A DNA stretch of 64,000 nt from Psilocybe cubensis. Its lineage: Eukaryota. The stretch covers positions 1,364,001-1,428,000 of the forward strand of contig CM039001.1 of assembly GCA_017499595.2 (NCBI GenBank), given 5' to 3'. This document shows positions 1 through 13,955 of this stretch, piece by piece. Position numbers and translations under genes: made by a program. The number at the start of each line of letters is the position of its first letter. The first letter of the stretch is position 1. Below the pieces are notes generated by a model. That model had not been told where the DNA came from. It saw only the letters and a program-made list of their open reading frames with translations, and ran no database searches.

Positions 1-2048
1 AAGAGCTCAGTGTCTGTGTATTCCTTTTTAATGGCGAGATCGAGCCCTCCAATAGCATCAAGTGCATTACGAGTTGCCCGGTCGAGGTCTGCAACGCTTT
101 GAAGTCGTCCAACGAACCAACTAGCGGCACCTTCTTCCAGATTCTCTACAAAAGCAATTCGACGGGCCTGATCTTGCAGAATCTCCGCAAAAGAAAAGGC
201 AATTTCTTGATGCATTATATCCACCACTCGACTCTCCAAACTCGACAAAATCTGAGGGCCTAATTTTGAACGCAGCGCCCAGATAATCGCAAATAAGTCA
301 TACTGCGCATGAGGAGGTTGGTCGCATTGAAGCATACGACATAGAGATATCGGAACATCTTCGACAACCAAGGAACCTACTCTTTCTCGTTCAACCACAA
401 TCACACCTTGTGGGCCCTGAGCCGCGATGGCGAGCGGCCATCTGGCACTCCGCTCTATTTCACGACATCTAGCTACGAAACCCTCCCAGTCTCTCTTCAA
501 GGCAGTCCAATAATTTGCATGTTGGAAACCACCTGTTTGGTGATCGCGATTCAAAGTAACAGTACAGCCGACAACAGCGGCAATGTTTTCGCATAGGCTT
601 GAGTAAACAGCGCTGAGTTGCGGTGGTTGTGGTCCTGGGAGAGTTAAGCAAGCTTCGATGTATCGGTCTAGAGCTGTTCGCAGCGTAAGCGAAGAAAATA
701 CACCTGGTTTCATAATTGCGGAGAGGAATTTCTCGGTTAAAGATCCAGGCAAAAGCAATTGTTCTTCCATATTCGTTGGAGTGAGTTCGGATTGCTGCAT
801 ATATTCTGATGTTTTCCATATCGTAGGTGCGAGGTCGTGGGAGAGTAGTAGTTCGAAGTTTATTGTTGTTCTTTCTACAACCGATTGTCCTTGTCGATCC
901 CAAAGGGCGTATAAATTATTTCCACTAACGGTGAAGTCCTGAAGATGACAATGTGCCGTGTTTCTGGGACATTCGATAATGCCCACCTCAACAAAGTGGT
1001 CAGTGGAAGTGTCAAGAAGGCAGAAGAATCCACCTGATGTCGAAGAAGGGGTAGGGATAAACACCAAGACATAGACATCGAGTCTGGTTTCATCTTCGGA
1101 AGCAACCGAAAAAACTTTGACAAGGTTTTGTCGTTCTGCATCGAGAAGAAGATACTTTGCACTAGCAGAAGCACTTGTAGAAGGTTCCTTCATATTGGGT
1201 GAAGCAGGGAGCATCTTTGAAGTAACGCAACCAAGCCTAGCTTTCCACATTCTAAGAGTACGATCTCGAGAAAGGGTCCAAATACTTCCGATATCTGTTG
1301 GCCATGGATGAGAAGACATAGATATGATGTCGGACGCGTTGGGGGAAGAGGAATGTATGGGAAGGAACGAAGTCAATGACGAAAGGAATGAGCCATGATG
1401 TGATACTGTTTCCGTCCATTCTTCATCTGAAGTATAAATATGTCAGTAAGCTCAAGCTCACGCCTGACTGTCAAGAGAAGGCATACCGTCATGTACGTCG
1501 TATCCCATAGTTTCCGCTTCAAGTCTGAGAAGAACGCCGCTAGGCAGACTGACAGCTACAGAATGCGTTCCGAGAGCATGTACAGAGCATTCTTGGGCAT
1601 GCTCAGTGGGTAGATTTTGAACGTAGTATTCCCTTGGCCATATATTGTCCGCTTGGTCGGTCCACAACTTGAGCCCGTCAATAGGAATGATAAGTCGAAA
1701 CAATGAACCTATTTCAGTAATCAAGATAATGTGAATTTCGGACTCCTCGAAAAGAAACAAAGAGGGTGTTGGAATGATAGCTGCTGGTAGCACAAATCGG
1801 AGTGGTGGAACTGGCGTTGACAAAGAGACGAGTTCCACAATCAATCCACCGTGTATAACACGCATAAGGATTGTTCCTGTCGCAGTGGTTGTAAGTACTG
1901 AGCTGCTTGTTGCATGTTCGAGAGGTAGGTCTGAGTCTGGGACCACTGCCAAAGGTGCATTTCGTCGCGTTGTTGGAACAATAACAGTCGATGCTGAGGT
2001 TGAATCCAAAGCGGAAAGGTGTGTCGAGACGACGAGATAGTCATCCAT
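1..2048 (-). CDS. NUP160: Nucleoporin Nup120/Nup160 family protein (5' part; runs off the window start)
   Basis: ATG at 2048 gives MDDYLVVSTHLS...ILMRVIHGGLIVELVSLSTPVPPLRF...HIILITEIGSLFRL. A short intron lies at ~1428-1485 and coding-like sequence continues to position 1. It resembles the N-terminal beta-propeller of fungal Nup160, recognised from memory. Confidence 0.65.
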
Positions 2049-4953
2049 GATGTAAAGCTGTTAGATACAGCTCTAAGTGGGTTTCGAAAACTTAGGATGA
2101 GTTGAGGAAGCCGGTGCCAGTGATCGTTTCAGCAGCAAGACGCGTCAAAACCACAACAAATCACGCTGTTCAAATTCGCACACTAAACTTGACCTTACTA
2201 ATTAGTAAACATCTTCACGGGCCAACAATAGGCCAACCTCTAAATCTTTCTACTTTACACTTGAAGCGTGTATAGAATTCACCCTCACGACACCTACTAC
2301 GCCTTTATAGAGCATGTTGAATTGATTAAATGTAATCAGAAAGCGTGGCCTTTGATAAACCAAGTTGAAACTCGTTTGTAGTGAGTCTGGTGTCCAATGC
2401 GTATCAGAAACCGCTCAAAAATCAGCGCAAATTTTACACTGCATTTTACAGCTAGTCTGAAATATTGTCATAGAATTCAATTGAATTTCCAGTGGAATAT
2501 ATGCATTACAATAGTGATGGATGTAGGCGATACTCGTTTGCTACATCTGAGTATGGTTGTAAGAGACTTATTTATCCATTCCGTTGAAAGTAAATTGCAC
2601 TATTGTTTCCGCGGCAGAAAACGATATTTAAGGGTCAAAATTGGAACGTCATTGCCTTCTACCGCGAGAAAAAATGGAAGGAATCGCAACAGTGAACCGC
2701 AATGACGCGTGCCGTATACCTTTCAGCTCTGCTAAGATCCCAAAATCTCAGCAGTACCGCTGCCTGGACGGATATTAGTAAATAAAAAGATCGGTGGAGT
2801 TTACAGATCTAAAACGTGGTGTATCATTGGTGTACTGTTAGACGATGTGGAATCACAAAAGTGCCTCAGCAAGCCAGCACACTCAAACCCTCGGAGGCCG
2901 TTAAGAACAATTGTGGATCCTACATTACCCAAAAGTTAAAGGATACACAACGCCGATTATGGCTGAGTGGCTTTGGATTGTCCTGTCATCTCACACTGTA
3001 TGGGAGCGCATCTAGAAATTGTAAATTTGTCTCAATCGCCGAACTAGACACCAGGGGTTAAATGAACCTTCTCGTGTAATTGTAGGTTTCATCATAATAT
3101 CGACGTCGAGAAACCATTTACAGGTTGTCTCATCTAAAGAACACTCACAACAACAGCCATCGAAGTCTGCAACGTGCCCAAGGCACCAATCGAATAGGTA
3201 AGTACGGTCTACCAAACGGGAAGGCATTCCTTTCTGGAAAGTAATTTATCAGCATATAAAAATATTGGAAGAAGCCATGCATAGTTGTGGATTGAAGTCA
3301 TTTTGAAAGAACAAAAGGATACTCGGGCCCGGGAATACCAATGAGGAAAGCTCGGAAAGGTGTGCTAGGAGGGTGAAGATAAGAAAAATCGAACGTTATA
3401 CAATAAAATCTGGATATCTTACCCATATGAATGTCCTATTTCCATGAGAAAACCTTCTTCTGCCCAAAATCATAATCGCGGGGTGCAAAACCAGAGATCC
3501 ATCCGACTCCAAGCCATGAGTAAGTCGCACGAATCGTTCTGGGCCAATTCTTCGCTGTCATAGTCGTTCACATCAAAGGCCTCGTGTATGTGTTCTATGT
3601 ACAAACCCAAGGAAAGGGGGAAGAAAGATACCAAGGCCAATTACAAGTGATCCACAATGTGCTCGTATGTAGTTTGGGCGTTCGACGAATCGGCATCAGG
3701 TGTGTGTCCCCCGATATCCACCTTATCAAACGACAATCATGATGGCGAAATCCAGAAGGGAGGATTCTGTAAATCTTCTTGAATACACAACATTTGCCTA
3801 CCTTCGTTTCCCAGGCCTGAAAAAGGAAGAGTAATGTAAAAACGAGGTTCCAGGCCCGGAGGATTCAAGTTTTAGTGGCAAAACTTATCCAGGTTTCTGT
3901 TCAGTTGTTGGGACTAGACCACACAATTATTGGTACTGTAAGTTGCGATGGATAAAAGGGGAAGACCAGTGTTCGGAATTGTTTTGACAAGAGAAAAGTA
4001 GAATTTCAAAGCCCGCCTTATACCGTCTAAACATTATTTGAGGCGTTTTGAGATACCTAGACGTCGAGTCTGTGGCAAAGAATAGACGCCAGTCTAAATG
4101 CTGCAGGTTAGAATTTCACACAGCAAACAGTAAACGGCCAGACCTGAACATCAGTGCCGTAACTGGTACTGATGTTTGTTACGGCAAGTTGCGGGCAATG
4201 GCCCGGTCACAACCAGACACAATGGGCGGAGTTGCTGAGTTGTTCACCTCTAACGACAACACACAATTACTTTATACTGCGCAGATGAGATCTCTCGTGG
4301 TGTATACACAACCTTTGCGGGCGTGCTCTGGCTGTAAATCATTTCTATGAATGGAATGCAAGATCTCCGTATTTCCAATACGACGGAGTCAATGCTGGCA
4401 CCCCAAATACCTTCTGTCGCAGTTCCGGGAATGATTCCACTGTGCAACGTTGAAAAAGAGTTCTGTCGGGCACTATTATCTTCATCTGCGCCCACAACCT
4501 GTCAGACACCCTGCATGCTCCCTTTTGATCTAGATGTTCTTTGTTGACTGATTGGCGCATCATTGGCTTCAAACAAATTGCGTTGGTCTGTTTTCTATGA
4601 GTTACGAATACTCTAGGTGGCCCACTATGAATGTGACTTCATAGATCACCTCATGTGCCCTAACACTGAGGATGGTTTGATACACCTACCTTCTAGTTTT
4701 GGCGTCCATTAGAACAACATGCCGTCCTCATTACCCACAACCAAAAGCTTTATAAGATGCCGCCTTCGTCAAGCCAAAAACCCTCATCCTGTTCTCCTCT
4801 CCTCAGTCGACAATAGACCTAATATCCTCGATCTACATCGTACAGACTAAGGGCTCCGCCTTTTATATTGCATCGCGTATTTTTTTCAAGGTATAGATCG
4901 CTTCCAACTTTCACGCCAATCTCGCTGAAATCTTTGTCCTCAGTTAATCAAGA

Positions 4954-5708
4954 ATGTCTCAATTTACTGTCAATTACGATGCTATTCTTTTCCCTTCTGA
5001 CGGTAAGGTTCTTTTTCTTTGACGCGGAACTCGATGCTCACCAAGCTACTTCAACAGGTCGGCCACCCTCAATCGTCCAACTTATGACTAGGTAAAGTAT
5101 TGTTATTTTTTTTGGTTACGGGCCGAATCTGATTGCCTACTGACGGTATTCTAGCCCTATGGACTCTAACGCTTCCCCCCCTTCTCGTATGCCTCACCCA
5201 GAGGTCTATATGGATTATGTATGTAATCTCCGTTCTCGTATTTCGCACCCTGCAGAAGCTCATACACTTAATAAATTCTCCAGATAGCCGAAGGCTATGG
5301 CTCCAGAGCTTGGAGATACCAGGTCTGTCCGCTCCTTTCTAGAGTTTTCGTGCCTTTGCAGATCCGTCTTTCTATTCATAGCTCATCGAAGCGCTCGACG
5401 GCATGAACCGCACATTCGCCCTCCCGTACATCATTTTCTATCCTACAGTCTCTCGAGACAATATGCCATTCCCTATCAATAGAACTATCCGTGAAATTCA
5501 AGGAGGTTCTTTCAGAGCCGAGCATGCATGGCGCGGTAACATCATCGTAGCAAGATATACGGGCAATATGCCGTTTTCCTGTATGGTCGATGCCGCCATG
5601 TCGGATTTCCCATTAGTCAAGAACTATTTTATCACCCATGGGGCGCCTCCACAGGTAATAAATTATATTTCTGTACATGCATCTTACTAACCGTATCTGA
5701 AGGCTTAA
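4954..5708 (+). CDS. Conserved fungal hypothetical protein, ~150 aa, 5 coding exons
   Basis: Spliced through 4 GT-AG introns: MSQFTVNYDAILFPSDGRPPSIVQLMTSP...RMPHPEVYMDYIAEGYGSRAWRYQLIEALDGMNRTFALPYIIFYPTVSRDNMPFPINRTIREIQG...HAWRGNIIVARY...DFPLVKNYFITHGAPPQA*. A probable 5'UTR intron lies at ~4891-4944. Confidence 0.75.
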
Positions 5709-5897
5709 TGACCTGTCCCCCAATTTGCCGTCTATCTTATGTCGACAACGAGTTGGTGTTTATAATCTAGGTTTGTGGTTAGATGTCGAACTCCTAGTGA
5801 ATATGCCAGTTAGGACAATATGACGGTTATGTCTAGGCGTATATGAACATTTCTTTTATGATACATACATATGCAATATATTACCGAGGACCATTAA

Positions 5898-7074
5898 TTA
5901 AAGCTCTTCATGCTCCGGCTTCTTGGCGTTGTTCTTCTCCTTTTCCTCTGCTTTCCTCTTCTTCTCTTCGGCCTCTTTGGCAGCCTTTGCTTTCTTAGGA
6001 TCGCAGTGCTCAGGTATAGGCGTGGAAGGGTCAATAGGTGGGTGGTTGACCCTGCCTACTTTAACATAGTCCTTGTGTTCTGCGTAAAACTTTTTCCAGT
6101 GAGCGAGGCTCTAGAAGGTGTCAAGTCAGATGACAATCAGGAACACAAAATAAACATTTTAGATTGCTCACGGCTAATTCCTTTTCTGACATTCCACGGG
6201 TATCATGAGTGCGGTGCGTTTGGAAGCAACCCGTACCGAAAGCACGCGCTGCATCAATACCAACGCTACATTGCGAGATTAAAAGAAAAACAAGCAAACA
6301 TTTAACGAAACATGAAAGACATGGAAAAAGAAAAATACATACAAATGATGATAAGATCCACCTGGCTGGTATGCCTTTCCCTTTGAAACGTCGAAAACGT
6401 CCCCATCAATCTAATATTATTGATGTTACCGGCAAACGCGCAAAGATAACAGCGACGACGACCCTACTTACGGCCAAGTATAAGGGTCTGCCGTCTTTTC
6501 CATTGAATTCTGCCAAAAATTTCTCTGAAAATAGCCGTTGATGGGGCTAGAACAGAATCAGTGCATTGTCCTCGAGGATACAGAAAAAAAAACGGCAATT
6601 ACGCACTGAGGCAAAGTAGGTGTCGAGTTTGAGCCATTTGCTATTACTTTCCCACATAAAACTCCCAGTGAAGAACTTGCCCGCAAGCGCGATGCAGACT
6701 AGGACAATGACAATGAACTTGAGGAGACCTAGAAGCCCCACTTCCTGCACGGCCGTGGGATCAGGTTCCAGGGGTTCGACCTTTTCGCCCTTAGCGATCT
6801 TTTCGTCGTGAATCTTCTTCTTCTCGAGCCAGGCGGCATGCAACGCCTCCTGCTTTTCGCGGTATTCTCTGTGCCTACATTAAATGCAGCATGTCAGGTC
6901 CGCGGGTCCTTTTTGCTCGTGCAACACGGGGGGTACGTACGCAAGGAAAGGTCGGTTTGCGGATTTAGTGGAAACCATCCTTCCCGGAATTGAAGGATCC
7001 TTGACTTTGTCGGTGGAATTGTCGACGAATTTGGGAGGTGGTTGGCCGCCTGACAGCTCCGAGATCCAGGACAT
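5898..7074 (-). CDS. Cytochrome b5-like heme/steroid-binding protein (MAPR family, neuferricin-like)
   Basis: Starts MSWISELSGG. It has a TM helix (GLLGLLKFIVIVLVCIALAG) followed by LAEFNGKDGRPLYLA|IDGDVFDVSKG..YQPGGSYHHF|AGIDAARAFGTGCF, and ends in the ER-retrieval-like signal HEEL*. Confidence 0.85.
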
Positions 7075-7985
7075 TGTTAAACTAGAAGAAGAGGTGCTGT
7101 CGGTGAATGGTAGACAGACAAGAAGCAAGTGTGAGTACGGCGCAGACTGCCTGGGAGTGCGACAATAACTCTTTAACGAGGACACGTTGATCAATAGGAG
7201 CTATCACGTGTCGGGCCGCGCTTTCCATGAAATTTCAAATTTCCGTAGGTCCAGTCGTCGTATCTCAACATACATACACCACGTTCTCTGAAATGCTGTA
7301 GCAACGAGTTCGATTGAAGAACAGAACAGTCGCACCTTGCAGTCACTCTCATCAAATGTGTACATATCAGTGATAAATATGCAGATAATTGTTCATGAAG
7401 TGCACACCCTTTCTAGCCCACACCTGCCATCCTAAAATGCAGATATCATAACGACCAAGACACCGCTTGCGCGACAGCTTTTGTTCCGTAATCCCGGAGA
7501 TTATTATTTGGCTTCTGATTTCGGCAAAGCGGCTGATATACATACAGTGGTACTTAGAGTATCGACAGAAATCGAGGAAGGGTTCAATTAGTGGATAGAT
7601 CGACTCATCGCTCTCCATAAAGTAAATAAGGGGGGGAGAGTGAGAGGAGGCGAGTAGAATACCTGGATATTACAAATATAGGGGTAAACAAGCAGAAAAG
7701 ATGATGGGCAATGGTAAAAAAAATGTGTGTTGGGACCAGTCAATGTTAACGAAAAAGAAAAAGGAAAAAATATGATGAAAAAAAAGGCCTCCGGGGAAAA
7801 CCGCTAGTCATAGCAGTGTTGAAAAGAGTCAGAAAAAAATATGAGAGTTACGGAAAAGATGCGCAGATGTTTAGAAAAGATGCGTGTGTAAGTCGACATG
7901 AGCAATCATGCATAAAACCAACGTCCCGAAACGAAAATAGGAGCATTAGAGATTTCCCACGATGGGAGTCCAAGAAAATCGTGGA

Positions 7986-10143
7986 TCATGAAGCGTGGAT
8001 TGCGCCCGACTCGATTTGCTGTCTATGTTCACGCTCACTGGCTTGCTGTGAGATCGTCATATATGCACCGCCCACTTCTTCCGATGAGTTGTTGAGACCT
8101 GGAGGTGATGATGGTCCGACGGAAAGGAGATGGATATCATTTTCTGTCGGGTCAAACTCTTCAACCCAGTTCCGCATAGCAAGGAATTTTGGCGTCTTGA
8201 TGAACTACAATGCAAAGAAGGGAAAGAAAAAGTTAGACAAAACCTAAACTCGCCAATTGAGCAACCCACCTTGGGAACCGAATCGGTGGCCATCAAACGG
8301 AAGACATGGATCTGGATACGCTCGTACAGTCTGATCATTGTCTGTAATTGTGTAGCATTGAAAGCATTAGCCTGTTCGGGTTCAACACGTCCCTGGAAAG
8401 CCTTGCCGGTCAGGCTGGTGACGACCTCCTCAAGGTACTTGACCAGCTCATTCCTGAGACCGTGATCAATGTTGAGCTCACACTGACTAGAAGGGGCGAG
8501 GTAGGTGTTGTAGATGACGAAAGCCGTGTTGATAAGAGATTCATGATGCCTTTCCATTGCTGCTTGACCCGGTGTATTACGGGCCCCAGGACGAGATACA
8601 GGGGAAACTGCCATGGCACTGGAAGTAATATTGAACTTTTTCTTGAAATCTTGAACATCAACCCAGAAGGAAAGATTCTCCTCGCAAAAGTTTCCTCTCA
8701 AGAATTCGCGGAACAAAGAACGAAGGCCAGGTTCTTCCAGAATGTACCTCAGACGATCTGTGTTACTTTCTTTCGAGTTCTTCTTTTCTCCTGCTTCATA
8801 GTTGGCGTTGAGCTTTTCGGCCAGAGATATACGACGGTGGATCTTGGCATCGGCCATATTTCCCTTCTTAATGTCGCTGGGACCGCTGTCCAGCGAACCG
8901 TCTTCCGACGAGCGGACGGCGGTGAGGTTGGTCGATGAAGCGGTTGGGGAGTCCTGAATACCATTCGGTCTGGGGGAGACGTCCCAATGAGCGAGACGGC
9001 GACCCTCGTCGGTGATCTTGTAGATGGCCTTGGCCGTGCAGCGGAATTCACCTTGTTGCTGTAAAGAACAAGATGATCAGGGGGCAGTGATGGATGAAAA
9101 AAAAAGATACATACGCTGACAGGGGAGTTCCCTCCAGGGGCAGATCCACGCACAGTGAAGATGATGGCCGAGTCATTGTTCTTTCGCTTGTCGCTGACGA
9201 GGGTGATGAGACCAAAACGCACGAACTGGGCAGCCATTTCAGCAGCCTCCTCTCTTCCGACAACGGAAGTAAAGTCGCAAAGCCACTCCAAAGCGGTAAC
9301 TGCAGCAAAGCAGTGTTTGTGAACCTGAGCGGCCTTGCCGAGAAGTGGCTGAGCGCGTTCGGTCATGTCACTGAGGGTGATACCTTTTGAGCGTTCGTTG
9401 TATTTTTGGAAAATATCGAGTTGCTTATCAGGAGGAGGAGGATAATTGGGAGACCGGCCAACGAAGCGACGGAACAAAGCGGTAATGACAGATTGAGTGA
9501 CTATGATCTCGTCGTCTGAAGAGCGTCGCTCGAGATGGAGAAGCTTGATGCAGATGGGCTGGGAGCTGAAAACAGGTTGCAGATGATCAGAGTTGATGCC
9601 GTTCTTGGAGATGAAGCGCTCGAGAACATGAAGACCCTTGGGAGTGAGCTGATAGGTGCCTCTATCCTTGAACAGATTAGAGGTTGGATCAGTGGCATTT
9701 TCGATGAGACGGGCGTCCATGAAATGCTGACTCATGGCCTTGGCCATATCGCGGGTCATGGAAAAGGTAGTGGTAGTGGTAGTCGTGACAACTCGTGAGG
9801 GGTCGCGGGGATCGGGGCCTCTATTTGACTGAGAAAACTTGAGAGAAGCGAGGTTCTGGGCAGCCTCATCGCTGGAGAAAAAGATGAGCTGAGAGAGGAA
9901 GAAAAAGAAAGAAAACGCACGTAGAAAAAGAATGGGGAAAAGTCCTGAAAAACTGCTTGTGGGGACCTAGCTGGAGAGAAACGATGAGGGTAGCGAAGAG
10001 ATCTAGGGTGTCCTAGAGAGAGGTGAGTTGGGCACAGGGAGAAAAGGGGGCGAAATGACCTTCAAGAACGGTCTCCCGCGTTTTGTGGTCTTCATCATAT
10101 GGGAAGAGGTCGCCTGGGGCTCATTTTCTGGCAGGGACGGCAT
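7986..10143 (-). CDS. Regulator of G-protein signalling with DEP and RGS domains (Sst2/FlbA/Thn1 type)
   Basis: N-terminus MMKTTKRGRPFLK. DEP-like segments are MSQHFMDARLIENA and ALEWLCDFTSVVGREEAAEMAAQFVRFGLI. The RGS box reads LRYILEEPGLRSLFREFLRGNFCEENLSFW...IYNTYLAPSSQCELNID...LMATDSVPKF. Confidence 0.92.
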
Positions 10144-10371
10144 TGTCGACCAGGAGAAGAGAAAACAGAAGAAAGCAGGAGGAGGCTGAGGAGCAGGGAA
10201 AAGAAGGGGAGCGGTGGCTGGTGGGAATTTCGGATCCGTTGCCAATCACAACACGGCTTTCCCACGAGGGTCCCGCCTCATGTTCCCCTGTTTGGCCTCC
10301 CCGCCCCCATCATGCAAGCCATCCATCATCATCTTTGCCACCAACGCTCAATATCATTTTTCAAGTAGCCA

Positions 10372-11399
10372 ATGTCTTTAAATGTTCTCCAATCCATATA
10401 TCTTTATTCTCCCAGTTGACTCTCTCAATAGGACCCAGCGGCTCTTCTTGCTCTTCTCGAGCAGCTCAAGGCTTCCGCTGCTTGGCACCACGCGTCCGGC
10501 TCGTCCCAGGCTCAGTCTGATCCCGCCCCGATTCCTTCCTCGTCCTCAAGTTATCTCCCAGACTCCCCCAGTGCTAGATCGTCGCTTCCAAGCGCGTCTG
10601 TAGCCTCTTTGTTGTCCCAGTTGAATTCACCTCCTGTTGACCAGCCCCCTCCTGCTTTTGCTCAGGGCTATCTCGTCCCCCAACCACAGGAGACTCTACA
10701 AGACAGATCAAAATTTTCCTTTCGTCAGTCGCTTCCAGTCGTGTCAGAATTATCGGACAATCCCTCTTTTTCCGTCGCGGTAAAGAGGGTGTGCATCTTT
10801 TCCTTACTTGCAGGTTTGTCTATGTACTCATGTGCGGAGCCTTTTCCAAGATCAAGTCCGAACAAGACGACCTCGAGCGTCGATTGTGGGCAGATCGGGA
10901 GGCCATCTATGCAAAGTATCATGAAAAGCTCAAAAACGCTCAGACAAAGTGAGTTGGTCTGGTGCAGAGCAGGGGAAATTTTAGCCTATATTGGTAGTTG
11001 ACATCACCACCCATTCAGGGCCCGGATGATTGGAGGAACAGTTTCCCAGCATGAGCTCAATGTCCGTCCGTCTTTGGCCCATGGGAGATCCTATGGTGTT
11101 CCTGACATTCCTTCATCAGATGATAACGGACGCCTTTAAGAAGGAAATCCAAAAATTTGACATTGAACGCGTTTTGCCTGCTTGGGACGGCCTCATATCA
11201 AGGCAGCAGCTCGAGCTGTCCCAGATGGGTGTTCCAACCATGTTTGTCACCGCTAATGTCGACGACCGCCAGGTGTGTGTCCTGCCCGATTGTTAGGGTA
11301 CCGTTCGGCCTTACTTAAATAATTATGCGACGTCGCAAGCGGCAACAGCAGGTTGTTGGCCTATTGGAAACTCTACTCGGTCCGAAAGCGGCTGTTTGA
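10372..11399 (+). CDS. Conserved fungal hypothetical protein (possibly DUF2458-like)
   Basis: Spliced: MSLN|DPAALLALLEQLKASAAW...SFRQSLPVVSEL...|IKSEQDDLERRLWADREAI...|FKKEIQKFDIERVLPAWDGLISRQQLELSQMGVPTMF...|RQQQVVGLLETLLG. It is divergent from the RGS gene. The DUF assignment is tentative. Confidence 0.65.
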
Positions 11400-11946
11400 T
11401 GATGATGCATGGAGAGATCTGCATCTTCTATGAACGGTTCTTGGTGACGAATTGCCACCAAATTTGCATTCACATCCTGCATAGCGCTAAATTCAACAGT
11501 TTATAGTCGACTAACGTTCTAGATACGCTCAGAGGCAGAGAGGTCAAGAGCACCGAGGGATTTCAAATTGATGATGATCAATCAGGGATCATCGTCGGTC
11601 GGGACTCGGTTAGATTTTTATATAGGCATGCCTCAACATATACGTACATAGCTACTTATGTTGTGCTAGTGTCTGGCAAGAACTAGTTTGCATTCGCATG
11701 ATGGCGCTCTGACTTTAAGGAACAGTGAAAAGCTAATTTTGTTTTGTACCAAGGTCACCAAGGGATCAAATATACAATTGCCGATTAGCTGTTGTGTGCA
11801 CGCACGCACGAACAAGCGAGCCTGAGCCCAAAGCTCCATTCCTTACTCTCTTCTTCTTCTCCATTCAACCACAACGACGGCCACCTTTCATGTTATCCCG
11901 TATTCCACGATAATTACGATCTTTTTTTTCTCATTTCTTCTCCATC

Positions 11947-13955
11947 ATGCCCTTCGTCGACATCCACAGCGCAGATGACTATGCCTCCATCTACTATTTC
12001 ACAAACACAACCTACTCCAATGTCGGTGCATTCGACCCCGAGAAGCCCACAGTCGTCGTCCTCCACCCTGTATTTTTAGATTCGACGTGGCTCGATACCC
12101 AACTCGGTGACCCAAGACTACATAAGAATTTCAACCTCATTGCCTTCGACATGCGTTCGTCTGGCAAATCTATATGTCGCCCAAACCCCGCCCATGATAG
12201 CTGGGTGGACGCTGCAGACCTGGCGATATGTTTTCAGGTGAGCCGAGCCGGGCCATTCGGAGTGCGCGGTCACGCTTATTAACTCGCTCGCCTTCTTTTT
12301 CCATGTCATTGTCACTTGTTAGCGACTCCATCTACCGCCCAGTCATATTCTCGCGTTGGAAGGCACGTCTGTGTGTTGTGCTCTTCGTTTTGCGGTATTG
12401 TGTGCATTGCGTTCCCTCTCCTTCGGTCCTTTGCCTGACTTGGGCCTTGCACCAGGTTCCCGGAACTCTGTCTCAGCCTAGCCCTAGTTAACATCCCTGC
12501 GCCTACTGAGTAAGTCGCTTCCGTTCACTCCGGTTTTTTTAGGGGACCATGGCTTATATGCAGAAAGACTGAAATGGGTATACAACAATATCGACCATCT
12601 TGTACATGCTGCCAGTTTTGCAGAAGACCTAGAATCGTTTGAGCATGCAGCGACCGAACTGATACATTTTATCTTTGGGCAAGTAAGTGTGTCTGCACCT
12701 TTTATTTGCATTACTTTATTTAACGTCTGTAATGACAGGAAACAGATCCAGATCTAGTTGAGGAAGTAAGCTGAATCAGCGTTAGTTTGCAAACTGTTCT
12801 GAAAAGTGCACCGCCCAGCTCGTACAGTATTGGGAAATCAACTATCCTCCTTCAAGACGGCTTCGCGCAACCGAGACTGCTAACGTGTACATTAACGTGC
12901 GTGTGCTTTTGCTTGATATTTTCCCTAGTCTCTGACAGAAACCGCAGCGAGCGCCTCTGAGCTCAGATGCACTGGCCTCAATAACACAGCCAGTCGTGAT
13001 TATTCATGTGTGTATTCTTTACGCCTACCATTTCGCATACCATTCAGCCTTATTTCTAGGGCGATAAAAACGAAATATGTCCAGTAAAGTACGCGGAACG
13101 TCTTCAGAAAGAGTTGAAAGGCCTCGAAAAGCAAGCAGTTTTGTATATGGTAAAAGGTGCGTGGCTCATCTCCAGCTGTCGCTGTCAAAACACCAACGTC
13201 GTTCTGTAGGAGGGTCGTCCATGATCTCTATAATTAATGGATGTGCATCTATTGTCAATAATGTTTTCCTCAAATTTCTTGATCAGCTCCCTCCTGCCCG
13301 GTCAGACCTTGAGCCACCTTTGATGCCCGTTGAAGATCGTATGAGAGCGGCTCTACAAACCCTCTCAGAAGTTACTGGACGTGATATAACCAATTTGGAC
13401 CCCATGTCCTGCATTTCGTTCTCGTGTTTATCACAGGAGGCGCTCAAAATACAAACTCTCGCACTGAAACACTATCAGGAAGATTTGAGCGAAGCTTTTA
13501 CTCCTGACCCTGTAGAAGGCAGAGCATTGAGGTGAGTTGCACAATCTGTTATATCTTTGGCGAATCTTGTTGATATCAATTACAGAAGTTCTGGCAAAGA
13601 ACCAGATGAGTGGTCATATGTCGAACATGGAAGGTCATCTATCAACAGTGCGTGTCAAATGTCATGCCAATGACGAAGATAAAAACTCACATTAAAGCTA
13701 CCAGGCACCGTCATTCAACCTTCCGAGCGTATCAAGCTACAGGACTTAGAACGCGGACAACAACAAAGACCACCAGTTCGAGTTGAAACTCAACATCTAC
13801 CGCCCGATGCGGCACCGCTTCTCAAGGGCTTCCTGGTCGCGGGACCAGTACCAAATGGAAGTACAACGAACCTAAAGAAACATAAACCTAGGGTCAACGA
13901 CAATCCTCAGTCGGCAACAGTGCCGTTACAACGGATGTTGGCCTCGCCATTCTAA
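11947..13955 (+). CDS. Alpha/beta-hydrolase fold protein (catalytic motifs degenerate)
   Basis: Sequence includes KPTVVVLHPVFLDSTW...FNLIAFDMRSSGKS...DSWVDAADL...LHLPPSHILALEGTS...FPELCLSL...ITQPVVIIHGDKN. Multi-exon with a long C-terminal tail. Confidence 0.85.
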
